NCBI RefSeq assembly: GCF_032191835.1
Contig: NC_083236.1
Span: 11,098,001-11,162,000 of the forward strand
Direction of reading: 5' to 3'
From: Heteronotia binoei
Lineage: Eukaryota
Length of the DNA: 64,000 nucleotides
Shown here piece after piece: positions 14,231 through 27,974 of the stretch (position 1 is the stretch's first letter; every line of letters begins with the position of its first letter). Position numbers and translations under genes: made by a program. The notes under the pieces were generated by a model. The model did no database searches and was not told the origin of the DNA. It saw only the letters and a program-made list of their open reading frames with translations.

Positions 14231-14996
14231 AAAGGAGGCGGAGAAGTTTGGAGCTGATTCCTTTAACTGCACGAATGATTATGGCTCATCTAGTAAACCA
14301 TTTAGGCCATTATCCCCTCAGTGGAGGACCTGCTGTTCTTCACAGCCTTCTCAGTGAAAATCACAACAACTGTTACGTGGAATCTTCTGAACTGTCTTCT
14401 GAAGTTTTCAGAAGCCCAAACTTACAGCTCTTTGTATTTAATGATAGTACTCTTATGTCCTACCTCCAGATTCCTTCAGAAAGGGTAGTAGATGATGAAA
14501 CTACAAGAACCTTCTCAGAAGTAAGAGTAATTGTTAGGGATATTTCAGGGAAGTACTCTTGGGATGGAAGACTCATCCACGGACTATTAACTGGTGGTCT
14601 TCCAATTCAAAATAAACAAAACTCCACTGCCATTTGGGACGATCATAAACAGAAGTTTGAATTTCCAACAGACTTCATTCAAACATATGAAGGAGAAGAC
14701 GTGCTTGACAAGCTATTGGCAAGGATTGGTAACAGTAGCCCGGAGTGCCTTTTACGTCCTCAGCTCAAACTAAATGAGCCTTCACCATCACCCTCCATCA
14801 TGAGCCATGACCAAGAGAATGCTATCTTAGAAGCAGTAATGCAACAGAGTTGCATAGAGAATGTGCATGGATGCACTTTGAATCTCAGGATGAAGGTGGA
14901 AAGTCAGGCAGCACCATTGCCTACCCAATCGCAAGCACCATTTCACTTTTGTAGGCTGTTGCTGAACGATTTAGGAATGAACTCTTGGGATAAAAG
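14231..14996 (+). CDS. RALGAPA2: RALGAPA2 large coding exon ([33 protein letters not shown]...LGMNSWDK)
   Basis: cactttcAG acceptor and aag|GTAAGT donor. 766 nt, phase 1 to 2, in frame with the previous exon. Contains [16 protein letters not shown] and [16 protein letters not shown]. Confidence 0.97.
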
Positions 14997-15158
14997 GTAA
15001 GTGCTCCTGTTGATCTCTGTGACTGCTGCTATTGCTCATCACCCTTGGAAATGATACCATGTTTACATTTGAGAAGGGAGGCCCTAGCAGTGGCCAGGAT
15101 GATGGCCACCCAAAACGCCGAAATTGATGTCCCATTAACAAGAATGAGTTGGATCCCA

Positions 15159-15600
15159 CATTACACCCACATTACACGGACGCAGGACCCATTGATCTTT
15201 CCACTCTTTGCTCCCTGCTGGAGGCCTTGCTGACGGCCGAACAGCTTATTGCTGGGGTTGCAAGAACTTGTATGCACCAATAGCCTCACAGATCAGGTGC
15301 TGCACTGGGGAGGAGGAGCAGGGTGAAAACTCCACACACGTAAGGAGCTGAAAGGATAAGCTTGTTCCCTCCTCACTGCATTACACCCACATTACACGGA
15401 CGCAGGACCCATTGATCTTTCCACTCTTTGCTCCCTGCTGGAGGCCTTGCTGACGGCCGAACAGCTTATTGCTGGGGTTGCAAGAACTTGTATGCACCAA
15501 TAGCCTCACAGATCAGGTGCTGCACTGGGGAGGAGGAGCAGGGTGAAAACTCCACACACGTAAGGAGCTGAAAGGATAAGCTTGTTCCCTCCTCACTGCA
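15159..15600. repeat. Perfect 220-bp tandem duplication
   Basis: 15159-15378 is identical to 15379-15598, with a CA microhomology at the junction. Confidence 0.95.
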
Positions 15601-15714
15601 GCCCTCGCCCCCGGTGCAGTGATTAGGTTATGTGAGTCCCTTGATCTTGGCAGTACGTTTTCCTCAGGTTGGAAAGGCTGAGGGGAAGCTGGGGACAAGG
15701 TAAGTGTTGTTAAA

Positions 15715-16030
15715 GGTTGTTAAATCATGCCATGGTACTCCCTTCTACCATGTATGGATGTGAAAGCTGGACAATGAAGACAGCTGATATAAAGAAACTG
15801 GGTTCCTTTGAAGTGTGGTGCTGGAGGAGAGTTTTGCAGATACATGGACTGACAAAAAGACCAATGAGTTGGTTCTCGACTGAACTCACCCTTGAAGGTA
15901 AAATGTCTAAACTAGGACTATCATATTTTGGTCACATCATGAGAAAACAAGTCACTGGAAAAAGCAATAATGCTTGGAGCAATTGAAGGCAGCAGGAAAA
16001 AGAGGAAGACCCAACATGAGATGATTGCTT
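15715..16030 (+). mobile_element. RTE/BovB-like LINE 3' fragment
   Basis: MYGCESWTMK...FEVWCWRRVL...YFGHIMR motif. Confidence 0.85.
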
Positions 16031-16964
16031 CTGGCCTGTAACTATGGTGGGTCCCAGAGGGTCCTGGACCCACCACTTGCACACAAATGCAAGCATCCCA
16101 GCTCCACCACTTAGCACCCCAGCCCACTACCCTGATTTCATTCTCATGGTCCTCGTAATCCCTGCCCTCTCTTGCAAGCTCTCAGTATTTGAAGCTCTTG
16201 GCCCCTCCGGCGTCATCCAATCGCAGCTACTGCAGGCAGATGCCGTCCTTCCAATCAGATGCCACTGCTGCGCTGTGTTCTCTCTTGCATGCAGCTCCTG
16301 ACCTGCTGGAAGTGTCTGACTGCAACAGGGGCCTCTCCGTCTGGGGCCAGCAGCTGCTTAAGCTTCTGACTGAATTGGCTGGCGGGATGCAGAAATAAGC
16401 TATCGTTCCTTTCTCCCTCTCTTGCGCTCAACACCCTCCAGCTCCTTTGCTCCCTGCCATTCATTTAGTGGGGTACATCTTTCCAAGCAATTCCCAGCAA
16501 TGGGCAAGGCACTGTGCTTCAGCTTCTGGACTCCGGGTTGGCTCCTGCCAGCAGCTACCATGTGTAAAATGGGGCTTCCCTGTGGATTGGGCCCTGTATT
16601 CTCCCCTGGCTGGGAGCCCCCTTTGGATCTTCCATATCCCTAGTATGGATTCCAAATAGTTCTCTTTCCCCTAGTGAACAAGCTCAGAGCAGCCTCTTGG
16701 CTTGTCTGTAGCTCACAGCCTGACCAACCTGCCTCCTCTACCAGAATTTGGCTTTCTTCTGCACGGAATGGAACCAGATCTACCTTTAACAAATGGGAGG
16801 AAGGACTGCATAAGTGAAACATGCAGGGGGGGAGACCTTTCAACCTCCCCTGACAGCTTCCTGGCAAGCCAGTTTCAGTGCTTTTGTCCCAGGGCTCTGA
16901 ATCTGAATGTCTGGAACATGGAAGAGCTAAGAGCAAGATAACATTTCCTAAATGTGGCAAAGGA

Positions 16965-17190
16965 AAGCAAAGGTCCCCTGTGCTAGCACCAGTCGTTTCC
17001 GACTCTGGGGTGATGCTGCTTTCGCAATATTTTCACGGCAGACCTTTCTACGGGGTGGTTTGCCATTGCCTTCCTCAGTCATCTACACTTTCCCCCTAGC
17101 AAGCTGAGGACTCATTTTATCGACCTCAGAAGGATGGAAGGCTGAGTCAACCTTGAGCCGGCTACCTGAACCAGCTTCCGCTGGAATCAA
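16965..17190 (-). mobile_element. Sauria SINE, 5'-truncated
   Basis: aaaggtcccctgtgc...tcattttatcgacctcagaaggatggaaggctgagtcaac body; ACCTTT-type tail. Confidence 0.8.
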
Positions 17191-18385
17191 AAAGAGGTAC
17201 CCAAAATACAGATTAGGACACTTATGTGGCTCCATTCTGGTCTAAGCCACACTAATATCCACCTCCTCTCCAACACAACCTGCCACATATTCGCATTGAT
17301 GCCTGCTGCAGATTTCTTTCCCCTAATGTTTGCAGGCCTGGTTGTCTGTGCTATTCTACTGGCCCACTTCAACATTTGTAAGCCTTAATGCATCCCTAAT
17401 GCAGCTAATCTGCAGGGAGCTGGGCATTGTCCCTTTTGTGCAGACAAGAGCTAGGGCACCCTTATGCATGTACACAGCCTCATCCCCTGCCACTTCAGCC
17501 CAAGATTGGAACCACTGAGCAAAGCAGATATTAGCACCTTTCTTGTGGCTCTTGGCCCAACATAGGGATTTTTCTTGATACAGGGATGAAGATGCCTTTG
17601 CACATGAAGGAAATCTCCTGAAAATGAAGCCTTTTGCGTCAACACTAGTTATTATTTATTATTTTTAAGTAAGTATAAGCATAATTTGTGCTCCACCCCC
17701 CAAAATGTACCCCACTAAATGAATAATCCTGCCTGTGTGCACCACTAACTGTAAAATCATGGCTACGGCCCTGGATTTGATTACATTAAGGGAGCCATGT
17801 CCCTCTGTTTGCAAGACCTGAGCAAACCTGTTTATGAGAGAACATTTTGGGGGTCAATGATTCATAGGGTAGCCATAAGTCAGAAATTACTTGATGGCCC
17901 TTGACACAGAGAGAGAGAGAGAGAGATTTACACACTTCTTGTGTCTGTGAATGCTGGAAGGAAAGCTCACCAAAATGCTCCCCTTTCTTCTGTGGTGCTG
18001 CTCCAGTTACTGCTAGATCAGATCTGTACAAATTATAGTTTCATAAGCAATCTTGTGTGTGTGTGAATAACTCCCCATGAGTTCAGTTGACTAACTCCCC
18101 AGTTAAGAGCACATCACTTTGCAGTATGAGGAACTTTTCCACCCATGCAATCTGGATATTTTGTGCTCAAGGACGTGGCAAAATAGTGGTTCAGTAAATT
18201 TTGACCTGCAAAGTCCTCTGCATCTTCAATGGAGTTTACACGCAACAAAGCCTACATAGGACAGCTCCATTACAAATCCTGATCGTCAAGTTATCAGTTT
18301 CATTTCAGGCTGTTTTCTTTTGGAAAGGTGGAAGAGGCAAGGACCTTGCATGTCACCACTCCCAATGGGAGCACAGTGGAAGTCA

Positions 18386-21300
18386 GAATCATAGACATCC
18401 AAGGTCATCTAGTCCAACTCCCTGCACAATGCAGGAATTTTACAAATACCTCCCACACACACATACATCCACAGTGACCCTTGCTGCATGCCCAGAAGAT
18501 GACAAAAACCTTCAGGATCCCTTGCTAAGCTGGCCTGGAGACAAATTCCAGACTGACCCCAATGTGTCAATCAACATAGCCCCGGGTGTGTAAGAAGGGG
18601 CCATAGGAAAATAAACACTGATGCAACCCTTCCTGCCTTCTTTCTCATGATCTGCCTAATTCACAGAATCAGCATTGCTGTTAGATGGCCATCTAAGTCT
18701 CCTAAGAAGGAGAACCCATCACCACCTGAGGAAGCAAGTTCTACTCAGGAACCACTCCGTCAGGAAGTTCTTCCTAATGTTTAGCCAGAAACGCTTCTGA
18801 TTTAATTTCAACCCATTGGTTCTGGTCTGATCTTTTAGGGCAACAGAAATCAACTCTGCACCATCCTCTATATATGACAGCCCTTCAAGTACTTGAAGAT
18901 AGTGATCACATCACCTCTCAGTCATCTCTTCTCCAAGCTAAACATACCCAGATCCTTCAGCCTTTTCTCATAGGACTTGGTCTCCAGACCTCACCATCTT
19001 CATTGCCCTCCTCTGGACACGTTCCGGCTTTTCTATATCCTTCTTAAATTGTGCCCAAAACTGAACACAATACTCTAGGTGAGATCTAACCAAAGCAGAC
19101 TAAAGCTATACCATCACTTCATGTGATCTGTGATACTTCTGTTAATACAGCCCAGAATCGCATTTGCCTTTTTAGCCACTGTATCACACTGCTGACTCAT
19201 GTTAATGCATGCTCCACTGAGACACCTAGCTCTTTTGCACATACTACTGCCAAAACAAATCTGCTCCATCTTATAATTATGAATTTAATTTGTTCTACCT
19301 AAATGTAGAACTTTACATTTATCCTTGTTAAAATTCATTTTATTGGTTTCAGCTCAGTTTTCCAGCCTGTCAAAATCATCCTGTATCCTTTCTTTGTCTT
19401 CTAGTGTATTTGCTACACGCTCCCCCCCATTTAGTATCATCTGCAAATTTAATAAGCATTCTCTCTGTTTCTTCATCCAAATTATTTATAAAGATGTTGG
19501 ACAAAACAGGTCCCAGGACAGATCCTTGAGGCATTCCTCTTGTCACTTATCTTCAAGAGGAACCATTCACAATCTGTCAGCCAGCTACATGTCCACCTAA
19601 CAGTAACAGGATCCAAACCACATTTTACCAACTTGTCAACAAGAATAGTATGTAGAACCAGGGCTTTTTTTGAGCAGGACTGCACAGGAACACAGTTCCA
19701 GCTGGCTTGGCAGCAGGGGTGTGGTCTAATATGCAAATGAATCCCTGCTGGGCTTTTTCTACAAAAAAGCCCTAGAATCATAGAGTTGGAAGGGATCTCC
19801 AGGGTCATCTAGTCCAACCCCCCTGCACAATGCAGGAAATTCACAAATACCACCCCCCTGTGTGAAACCTTTTCAAAAGCCTTACTGAAATCAACATAAA
19901 CAATGTCTACAGCATTCCCCTGATCCAACAAGGTAGTAACTTTTTTTAAAAAAGATAAGGTTAGTCTGAAAAGACTTGTTCATGAGAAACTCATGCCAGC
20001 AATCACAACTGTCCTTTCTAAACGTTCCAGGACTGACTGACTGATGAATTGTTCTAAAACTTCTCCAGTTATTGATGTCAAGCTGAAGGATCAGTAGGTA
20101 CCCAGATTTTCCTTTTTCCCCTTCTTGAAGATGGTGATAGTATTTGCCCACCTCCAATCTTCTGGCACCTCACCTGTTCTCCAAGAATTCTCAGAAATAA
20201 TAGACAGAGGCTCAGAAATTACATCCAAAAGTTCTTTTATTTCCCTTGGGTGCAGTTCATCTCCCCCCGAGGACTTAGTTTCATTTAAAGTAACTACGTG
20301 TTTATGTACTATCCTAGGCCACAACTCTCTTCCCTCATCATATGTTCTGTTTTTACCATGTTGAGCACCATTTCCCTCACAAGAGAAGAATGGGGAAAAG
20401 CAGAAATTGAGCAGTTCTGCCCTTTTTAAATCACCTGTTACAGTTTTGTGTCCCCACAATGGGCCTACTATGTCCTTGCTCTTTTTCTTACTCTGAACAT
20501 AAGAAAAGAACCCTTTTTGTTGTTTTTTAGCATCTCTTGCTAAATTAAGCTCATGCTGAGCTTTAGCATTCCTAACTTTTTCTCTATAACCACTGGTTAT
20601 TTGTTTATATTAACCCTTGCTTATAAGGCCTTCCTTCCATTTCCTAAATGGGTCTTTTTTATTTCTCAAGTCTTTAGAGAGCGGCTTATGGAGCCATCTT
20701 GGCTTCTTTAGGCTCCTCCCATTTTTCCTTCTCATAGGAAATGTTTGTCATTGTGCCTTCAGTGTTTCACTTTTAAGAAACTCTCTTCCCACTTGAACTC
20801 CCTTCTCCTTAAATATTTCTGACCATAGGATTTCTCTCTAGCATAGGTCTGTCAAAATTTGCTTTCCTGAAGTCCAACAGATACATCTGACTGCATACAA
20901 CTTTTCCCTTCCCCAAGACTGTAAATTCCAGAATCACATGGTCACTTAGGGTGCCTACTACTTCCACCTTATCAACCGATTGTTCCCTCTTGGTGAGAAT
21001 AAAGTCCAAGATAGCAGATCCCTTTGCTTCCCTCTCCACTTTCGGGAAAATGAAGTTGTCAGGAAGACAAGTCAGGGATTTGACCTTTAGCAGAGTTGGA
21101 AATCCAACAGATTTCCAGGTAATGGAAATCTCCCATGTCTACTGCCTGTGTTCTTTTTGAGAACTTTGCAATCTGTTGCAGGAGTATATAATCTAAATCC
21201 TCTGCTTAACTTGGTGGTCTATACCAGACCCTCACCATAATATCACTGTTATTTCTTACTCCTTTTACTTTTACCCAGAGACTCTCAACTGAACTGCTTC

Positions 21301-21833
21301 ACTCAGATTCATGTGTTTTCTCACTAGTATATGCCTCCTTCACATCTCTGCCATTCCTTAATTGTCTATCTGTTTTAAATAAGTTGTACTCCTCAATCCT
21401 AATAGTCCATTTGTGAGTGTCATCCCACCAAGTTTCAGTAATGCCTGTTAGGTCATAGCCCCCTTCCTGTATTAGGACTTCCTCCTGCTTGTTTCTCATA
21501 CTCTGCACATTAGTGTAGAGACATCAGACTCCCATGTTTTATGCACCCTGAGGTTTTCATTTCCTTACACACCTGTGAGTTAATGTTATCTAGCGTGTGT
21601 GCCTCTACCTGCAAAACTTTAGCATTCTTATCTCCAGTTATTGGCATCATACTAGGCTTTGAATTATTGTCTCACTCCCCCATACAATTTAGTTTAAAGC
21701 CTTTTGTGTTAGGTTAGTAAGGTTCTTACCAAACATCTTTTTTCCAGCCTTTGTGAGGTGCAAGCCATCTCCCAATAAAAGAGCTTCATCTCAAAAGCAT
21801 AAGCCATGGCCCACAAATCCAAACCTTGATGAC
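18386..21833 (-). mobile_element. Long fragmented CR1 (3' end, RT, AP endonuclease, ORF1 esterase remnant) with a nested MITE (19659-19773) and a short CR1 tail (19774-19860)
   Basis: PEDWRWAN..IFKKGKK, ILDFILT, ITETWWD and DGLHL motifs, all disabled. Confidence 0.88.
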
Positions 21834-22975
21834 TGTAAGGTTTTGCCCAGTATCCGTCAGAAGACTTCTTGAGTAAATGTAAAAGAAGCTTTTAATGAAG
21901 AATCAGGTAGCAAACACTTGTAACATGTATATGCAAAACTACTTGTCTTGCCAGCAGCCCCGTAGCCAGAAAATTTTGAGAGGCCCAGGCGATTAAAAAA
22001 ACTTGTTGGGGGAGCCATGGGGCTTGGCTGCTTCTTCCCTCTAGCAGCCAGCCCTCCCAGCCCCAGCTCTCTCTCATCCAAAAAAGGGGGGGAGGGGGAG
22101 AGTTCCCATCGTGTGCTTGACACCTTAATAAATAAAAAATGGGGTGAGGGGGTGGGGCGGGGGGCTATTTTACAGTGTGTCTTCTCTCCTGAGAACTGTT
22201 CATTTCTCATTCTGTGTTTTTTAAAATTAAACTTTTCATTTCTGATTGGGACCCAGTCTCTCTCTCTCACTCACTCACTCACTCTCGCTGCTGCCTTTTC
22301 GCAGTTTCTCTCTCTCTCTGCCACTCTTTCGCTCTCCCCTTTGCTGTTGCTCTCTCTTGCTGTTTCTCTCTCTCTGCTGCTCTCTTGCTTGTCCCCCTTG
22401 CAGTCTTTCTCTCTTTGTCGCTCTCTCGCTGCTGCCCTTTCGCAGTTTTTCTCTCTCTGCTGCTCTTTCGGTCTCCCCCTTGCAGTGTCTCTGTCTCCAG
22501 ACCCAAAAGTGATGTCATCGCGATGGCATGCTGTGTGCCCCTGCCCAGCAGCCCTGCCTTACAGAGGGAAGGGGGAGTTAAACAGACCGGCCTCCCCCCC
22601 CCACCCCCCGTAGCTACGGGCCTGCTGGCCAGACTGACAATAAGTGAAAGTTACAGTCCAGATATAGGTTACAGGTTAACAGCCCATCATTTCTCCCACT
22701 AAAATTCTCCCACTCAAAAGTCTTTGAATTAGTTCCCAGACCCTGGTGTTGTTTTTCTCCAAGGTCACATTCCAGCTTTGCATACATCTTCTGTTGGTAC
22801 TTATCTTCTGTTACTAGGGAGACAAGATTAGGCCCTAGGTTTCCACAATAATCTACCTACTATTGTAACCTCTTGTTACCAACACTATTCTACATAAATC
22901 CATAAAAGTATATAATGAACATATATGAAGGATAGTAAATATTGATATTATAATGCATGGATTAATACAGACATG
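21834..22975 (-). mobile_element. Second copy of the 12435-family LTR, interrupted by a hAT element and truncated by an RTE tail (22980-23085)
   Basis: Starts tgtaaggttttgcccag; colinear with 12435-12880 on both sides of the insert. Confidence 0.8.
21955..22624. mobile_element. Non-autonomous hAT element (670 bp) with an internal CT-rich tract
   Basis: TIRs CAGcCCCGTAGC / GCTACGGGCCTG; 8-bp TSD cttgccag / ctggccag (one mismatch). Confidence 0.85.
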
Positions 22976-23084
22976 AATTTGTTGTTGTTATTCACTCGCA
23001 CAGTCGAGTCTGACTCTTGGCCCATGGGCCAAGTAACGCCAGGCCCTCCTGTCTTCTACCATCCTCTGAAGTCTGCTCAAATTC

Positions 23085-25150
23085 TAGAAACTCAATCTTT
23101 CTCCCAACTTGCACACATATTGACCCAATCAATGTGTGGGTAGTTAAAATCGCCTATTATGACACCATTTTTTTGTCTAGCTGCTATCTTTAATTTTTAA
23201 ATCATTTAAAAATCATCCTCTATCTTTTAAAATCATCCTTTATCCAGTGGCAATAACAAACTTCCAGAGCTAAGCTTCCTTTTGGGCCCACTATTAGGAC
23301 CCAAACCATTTCCAGAATTGAGTCTAATTTTCTTACCTTCTCAAACTTACTGAACTATAGACCCTCTCTGATGTACAGAGCCACCCCACCTCCAACCCTG
23401 CCCTTCCTATCCTTCCGATATAATTTATATCCTGGAATCACCATATCCCACTGATTCTCCTCACCCCACCAAGTTTCTGAAATGCCTACCATGTCTATAT
23501 TTCCCCCCAACACTAAGCATTCCAACTCTCTGATTTTACTTCGGACACTTCTAGCATTTGTATATAAATATCTATACTTTCCCAGGCATGTTAGGCCAGC
23601 AACCTTTCTCCTGCTGCCTCAAGACCTTGCCAGGCAGTCCATATTGTTTGTCACCATCTCAGTGGACAACTCTAATCCATTGCCCTGTAGAAAAGTAACA
23701 GCTAACCCTTCATCGCTTTGAGATGAGCCATCTTAAACCAGAGACATTTCATCTCCTATCAGTTTTTCCTCAAGATTCAATTTAAAAACTACTCTGCCAC
23801 CTTTTTGATTTTAAGTGCCAGCAGCCTGGTTCCTTAGAACCATAGAATCATAGAGTTGAAAGGGACCTCCAGGGTCATCTAGTCCAACCCCCTGCACAAT
23901 GCAGGAAACTCACAAACACCTCCCCCTAAATTCACAGGATATTCATCACTGTCAGATGGCCATCTAGCCTCTATTTTAAAACCTCCAAGGAAGGAGCGCC
24001 CACCACCTCCCGAGGAAGCCTGTTCCACTGAGGAATCGCTCTAACAGTCAGGAAGTTCTTCCTAATGTTGAGCCAGAAACTCTTCTGATTTAATTTCAAC
24101 CCATTGGTTCTGGTCCTACCTTCTGGGGCCACAGAAAACAATTTCACACCATCCTCTATATGTCCTTCTCAGGACAAATGGAGATGGTCTGTTTTGTATA
24201 GCTCCCACTTGTTCCAAAAAGCATCCCAGTGCCTAGCAAACTTGAGCCCTTTCTTCCTACGCCTTCGTCTCATTCACGCATTGAGACTGCTAATTTGTGC
24301 CTGTTTCTCCAGCCCTGCACGTGGAATAGGTAACGCTTCTGAGAAGACTACCTTGAAGGTCCTGGCCTTGAGTCTCCTGCCTAACTGGCTGCCTCTGTTT
24401 CTTCAGATCAGCCACCTTGGCCTCAAGGATGTGAACTCATTCCCTGCGAACCAGGAGTTCATTGCACCGAGCACACACCCAAGACTTCTGTCCAGTGGGC
24501 GGATAATCATACATATGACATTCAGTGCAAAACACTGGATTTTGGGCCCACTATTTGGATTTTGGGCCCACTCACACCCCCTGCTGGAATTCTGCCTTCA
24601 TAATTGTTTTTTAATTCTTTATTTGTTTTTAAATATACAGTCCTCCTTTTAATACCCTTCGTGTTTGTGTGGCTCTCCTTGTGGAAAGTCTACTTACCTT
24701 GTTTTGAACGCAGGAAGAATAAGGGCCTGGCCTCACCCTGGCTTCCTGGTCCTTCCTGGGTTTTTCATTCAGAGCCCCTAACCTAAGAACCATAGGCAAA
24801 GAGCCTTTTAGCTCTCACCCTTCAGCTCATGCCAAAGGCTTGTGCCTCTGGCAAGATACAGCTTTACATTTGTAAGGTTCAAAGAGGATGGAGCCAGCAG
24901 TCAGCCCCAGGCACCACAGATACTTCCAATCAGCAACAATCATCTGATATAATCAGCTACACTCAGCTACAGCCCAATCAAAAAAGACAAACAGAAACAG
25001 CAGTTTCTCTCTTACCAGCAGTCACACGTGCCCTCAGATTCTCTCTGCCCACACAGTAGCCCTCAGCTAATTCTTCCCAGCGGTTAAGAAAAGGCAGTTA
25101 AGAAACGGCAAACAATCAACTCTTTCCCGTTCTGTCTCAGAGCCCACTGA
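23085..25150 (-). mobile_element. CR1 5' portion (endonuclease remnant, ORF1 Zn finger/leucine zipper, 5'UTR) with a nested CR1 3' end at about 23836-24165
   Basis: Minus strand reads IGDFNYP and PVFCTECHMYDY...VCARCNELL...LEAKVADL. Confidence 0.75.
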
Positions 25151-25603
25151 CTGAGTGTATGGTTTCTCTACTACCTTCCCCCATTTTTGTTGTCAAGTAT
25201 CTCAACTGTGTTCAACATTCTGTGCTTCTGGAACGTACTTAAGGCCTTATCAAACTGGTCTGGAAGCCTCTCTCTCTCTCTCTTCAGGCTAATTTACAAT
25301 ATTGTCTTTTTCTGCATACTTGGGGAGACCAGTGCTTTGACTATGGGTGGTATGTTTGCTGCTTTCGCACTTAGTGTGGGTGGTGCCTCACTATTAGATA
25401 CAGTGATGATTGGATGGATCAGGTTCAACTGATGGAAGTTGGCGTATTGAGTTTTCCAAGAGTGGTATTGTCAGAAATATGAGAAGTCTTATTAAAATTT
25501 GTGGTAAAAATGTTTTCATTTGAAAGACTTAAAGTTAGAACCTACTGTCTATGTGCCCTGAAGCTTTTCTACTATAACTTTTATTTTCTGTATGTCTTCA
25601 TAG

Positions 25604-25675
25604 AAAAAGTTTCCATATATTGAAGAAAAACTCAAAACTGTTGAGAGAGCTGAAAAATTTGGACTCCAGGCAATG
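25604..25675 (+). CDS. RALGAPA2: RALGAPA2 coding exon ([24 protein letters not shown])
   Basis: tcttcatAG acceptor and atg|GTAAAT donor. 72 nt, phase 2 to 2. Confidence 0.95.
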
Positions 25676-25917
25676 GTAAATTCAGTTTAGTAATTCCTTC
25701 AGCCAGGCTTGTACTAAGAAGAAGGCACAGTTAGGGAAAGGAAACTGTTTTACCTTTTTTTAAAAAAAATGTTTGACTAATTTAAGTAGAAAGTATAGGA
25801 TAATTATGAAGAAATTCCGTATCAAAACCCATTTGACAGTTTTGGTTTGGTATCCCATAAAAATTTCCCAGAAGAAGGTTCATGTTGACTTTGGCTCAGT
25901 TTGTTGAGATTAGCGCC

Positions 25918-26290
25918 AATTTGATGCATTGGTTAAGTGTACGGATTCTTATCTGGGAGAACCGGGTTTGATTCCCCACTCCTCCACTTGCAGCTGCTAG
26001 CATGGCCTTGGATCAGCCAGAGCTCTGGCAGAGGTTGTCCTTGAAAGGGCAGCTGCTGTGAGAGCCCTCTTCAGCCCCACCCACTTCACAGGGTGTCTGT
26101 TGTGGGGGAGGAAGGTAAAGGAGATTGTGAACCGCTCTGAGACTCTTTGGAGTGGAGGGTGGGATATAAATCCAATATCTTCATCTACCTCACAGGGTGT
26201 CTGTTGTGGGTGGGGGGAGGTAAAGGAGATTGTGAGCCGCTCTGAGACTCTTTGGAGCTGAAGGCAGGATATAAATCCAATATCTTCTTA
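25918..26290 (+). mobile_element. tRNA-derived Squam3-like SINE with a duplicated 3' end
   Basis: A box (ggttaag) and B box (gggtttgattccc); the roughly 100-bp 3' segment occurs twice. Confidence 0.85.
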
Positions 26291-26569
26291 AAACATGGGA
26301 TTTGGGGCAATAAGCAAGAACTAGAGATCAATTTAGCTAATGAATAGCATGTAAACCCATGACCCCATCAAGCAGACATGAAAGGTCTGTCCTCTTACAC
26401 TCCACCAAACTGTGAGTTATTAGTTACTCTTTCTCCCCCCCCCCCCCAAATCCTAAACTTGCATTTTCCCTCTCTTCCCTCCTATTCCTCCCCCACAGAT
26501 TCAAACCCTAAATTCCACCTGTTCCCTCTCTCTGCCACGCTTCTCCATCTCCCAGTCCCTCTTATTAAT

Positions 26570-27640
26570 TAATTTGTTTGTTGGACTTTTATCCTGCCAT
26601 CCCTTGCACTGCAGGACTCAAGGGTTACAACAAAACAATTAGGCAATCAGTTAATCAACCAGTATTAAAACTGTAGTAGCAAGTACAGTACACCAGATGG
26701 CAATCCAGCACAGTTGGGAAGTACTTCCAAAAGCATGTAAATATGCCCATCATGGGCCAATTTCTGGGCAGTGGGCAAAGATAATCAATTAACCTGATGG
26801 AACAGTGTGGACAGTGTAGCAGGGTAGAGCAGAGGAGGGAGGAGGCTGATGCAATTTAGACACCCACTACCTCAACCCAAGGTCTGGTGGAACATCTCCA
26901 TTTACAGGCCCTGCAGAATTGAAGCAGATCCCACAGGGCTCTGACCTCATATGGGAGAATGATACACCTAAAGACTGGCTCTGGTCAAGGCTAATGTCTT
27001 TGGGGCCGGGGACCGCTAGCAGCTGTTGGTCTGCTGAACATAAAGCTCTTCAGGAGACATTTTGGGAGAGACAGGCCTGCAGATATGTTGGTCCCAGACC
27101 ACACAGGGCTTTAAAAGCTAGTGTTAGAACCTTGAACTTAATTCAGTACTCAACTGGAAGCTAATGCAGCTGACAGAACACCAGCTGTATGTATGTTCAC
27201 ATGCCCAGCTGCATTTTGAACCAGCTGAAGTTTCCAGATCAACCTGAAGGGCAGCCCAACATAGAGCTGGTTACAGTAGCCTAGCCTGGACACGACTATT
27301 GCATGGATCGCTGTAGCTAGGTTGCCAGGTAGGGGTCCAGTTGCCTGACCAGCCAAAGATGGTAAAAAGCTGGTCTGGCAGGGTTCATGATTTGGGCCTC
27401 CATTTAAAGTCATCATGTGATCATCTAAAATCATGTCTAGCCTCCTCACCATTGGCATTGGCATTAACAATACCCCACCAAGGGCCGGGAGCTGGATCCC
27501 CAGTTCTGCCCTCACTTGTACGTGGCCCAGACACAGGCCTTCAGCCTTTGATGGATTCAGTTTGTTGACTCTGCTCCAGCCAACCAGCCACAGCCTCCAA
27601 AGCCCTGGCCACATTTCACATCCATAATGTCCTTGTGGTA
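26570..27640 (-). mobile_element. Degenerate L2-like LINE 3' fragment
   Basis: KLNPSKAE, SRLGYCNQLYVGLP and KLQLVQNAA motifs. Confidence 0.8.
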
Positions 27641-27974
27641 GAATGAACTCCCAGGCATCCTGTTCTACAATAGAGGATATAGACCTGAGCCAGAACCCCA
27701 AATGTTAGAGCCTAATGATGAGTTCCGACAGCTCCCAAGCCAAATACGATGCCTCCTATTGCTGCCACCACCAAAAACTTTTAGCTATGATTGTTTATTC
27801 TTCTGGGAACCATACTTAGCAATAAAACATTTTTTCCATCAAATATGCAACATGGGCCGTAAGGAGGGGGTGGTTCCAATTTTTGATACTGTCCTTGGCA
27901 CACAATATCTGACAGTATAATACTTTTGAACGTTTTAGTTCACTAAGGATTCACTTGAGTATCATTATACTGGA

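Noticed and set aside
14248-15000. 250-aa ORF as a stand-alone gene
   Set aside because: It is the RALGAPA2 exon 14231-14996; the ORF start is a TTG and its stop lies in the GTAA donor.
22017-22702. Overlapping 162-198-aa Leu/Ser-rich ORFs
   Set aside because: Translation of the CT-rich tract inside the hAT element.
24104-24652. 182-aa plus-strand ORF
   Set aside because: Antisense to a decayed CR1 ORF1.
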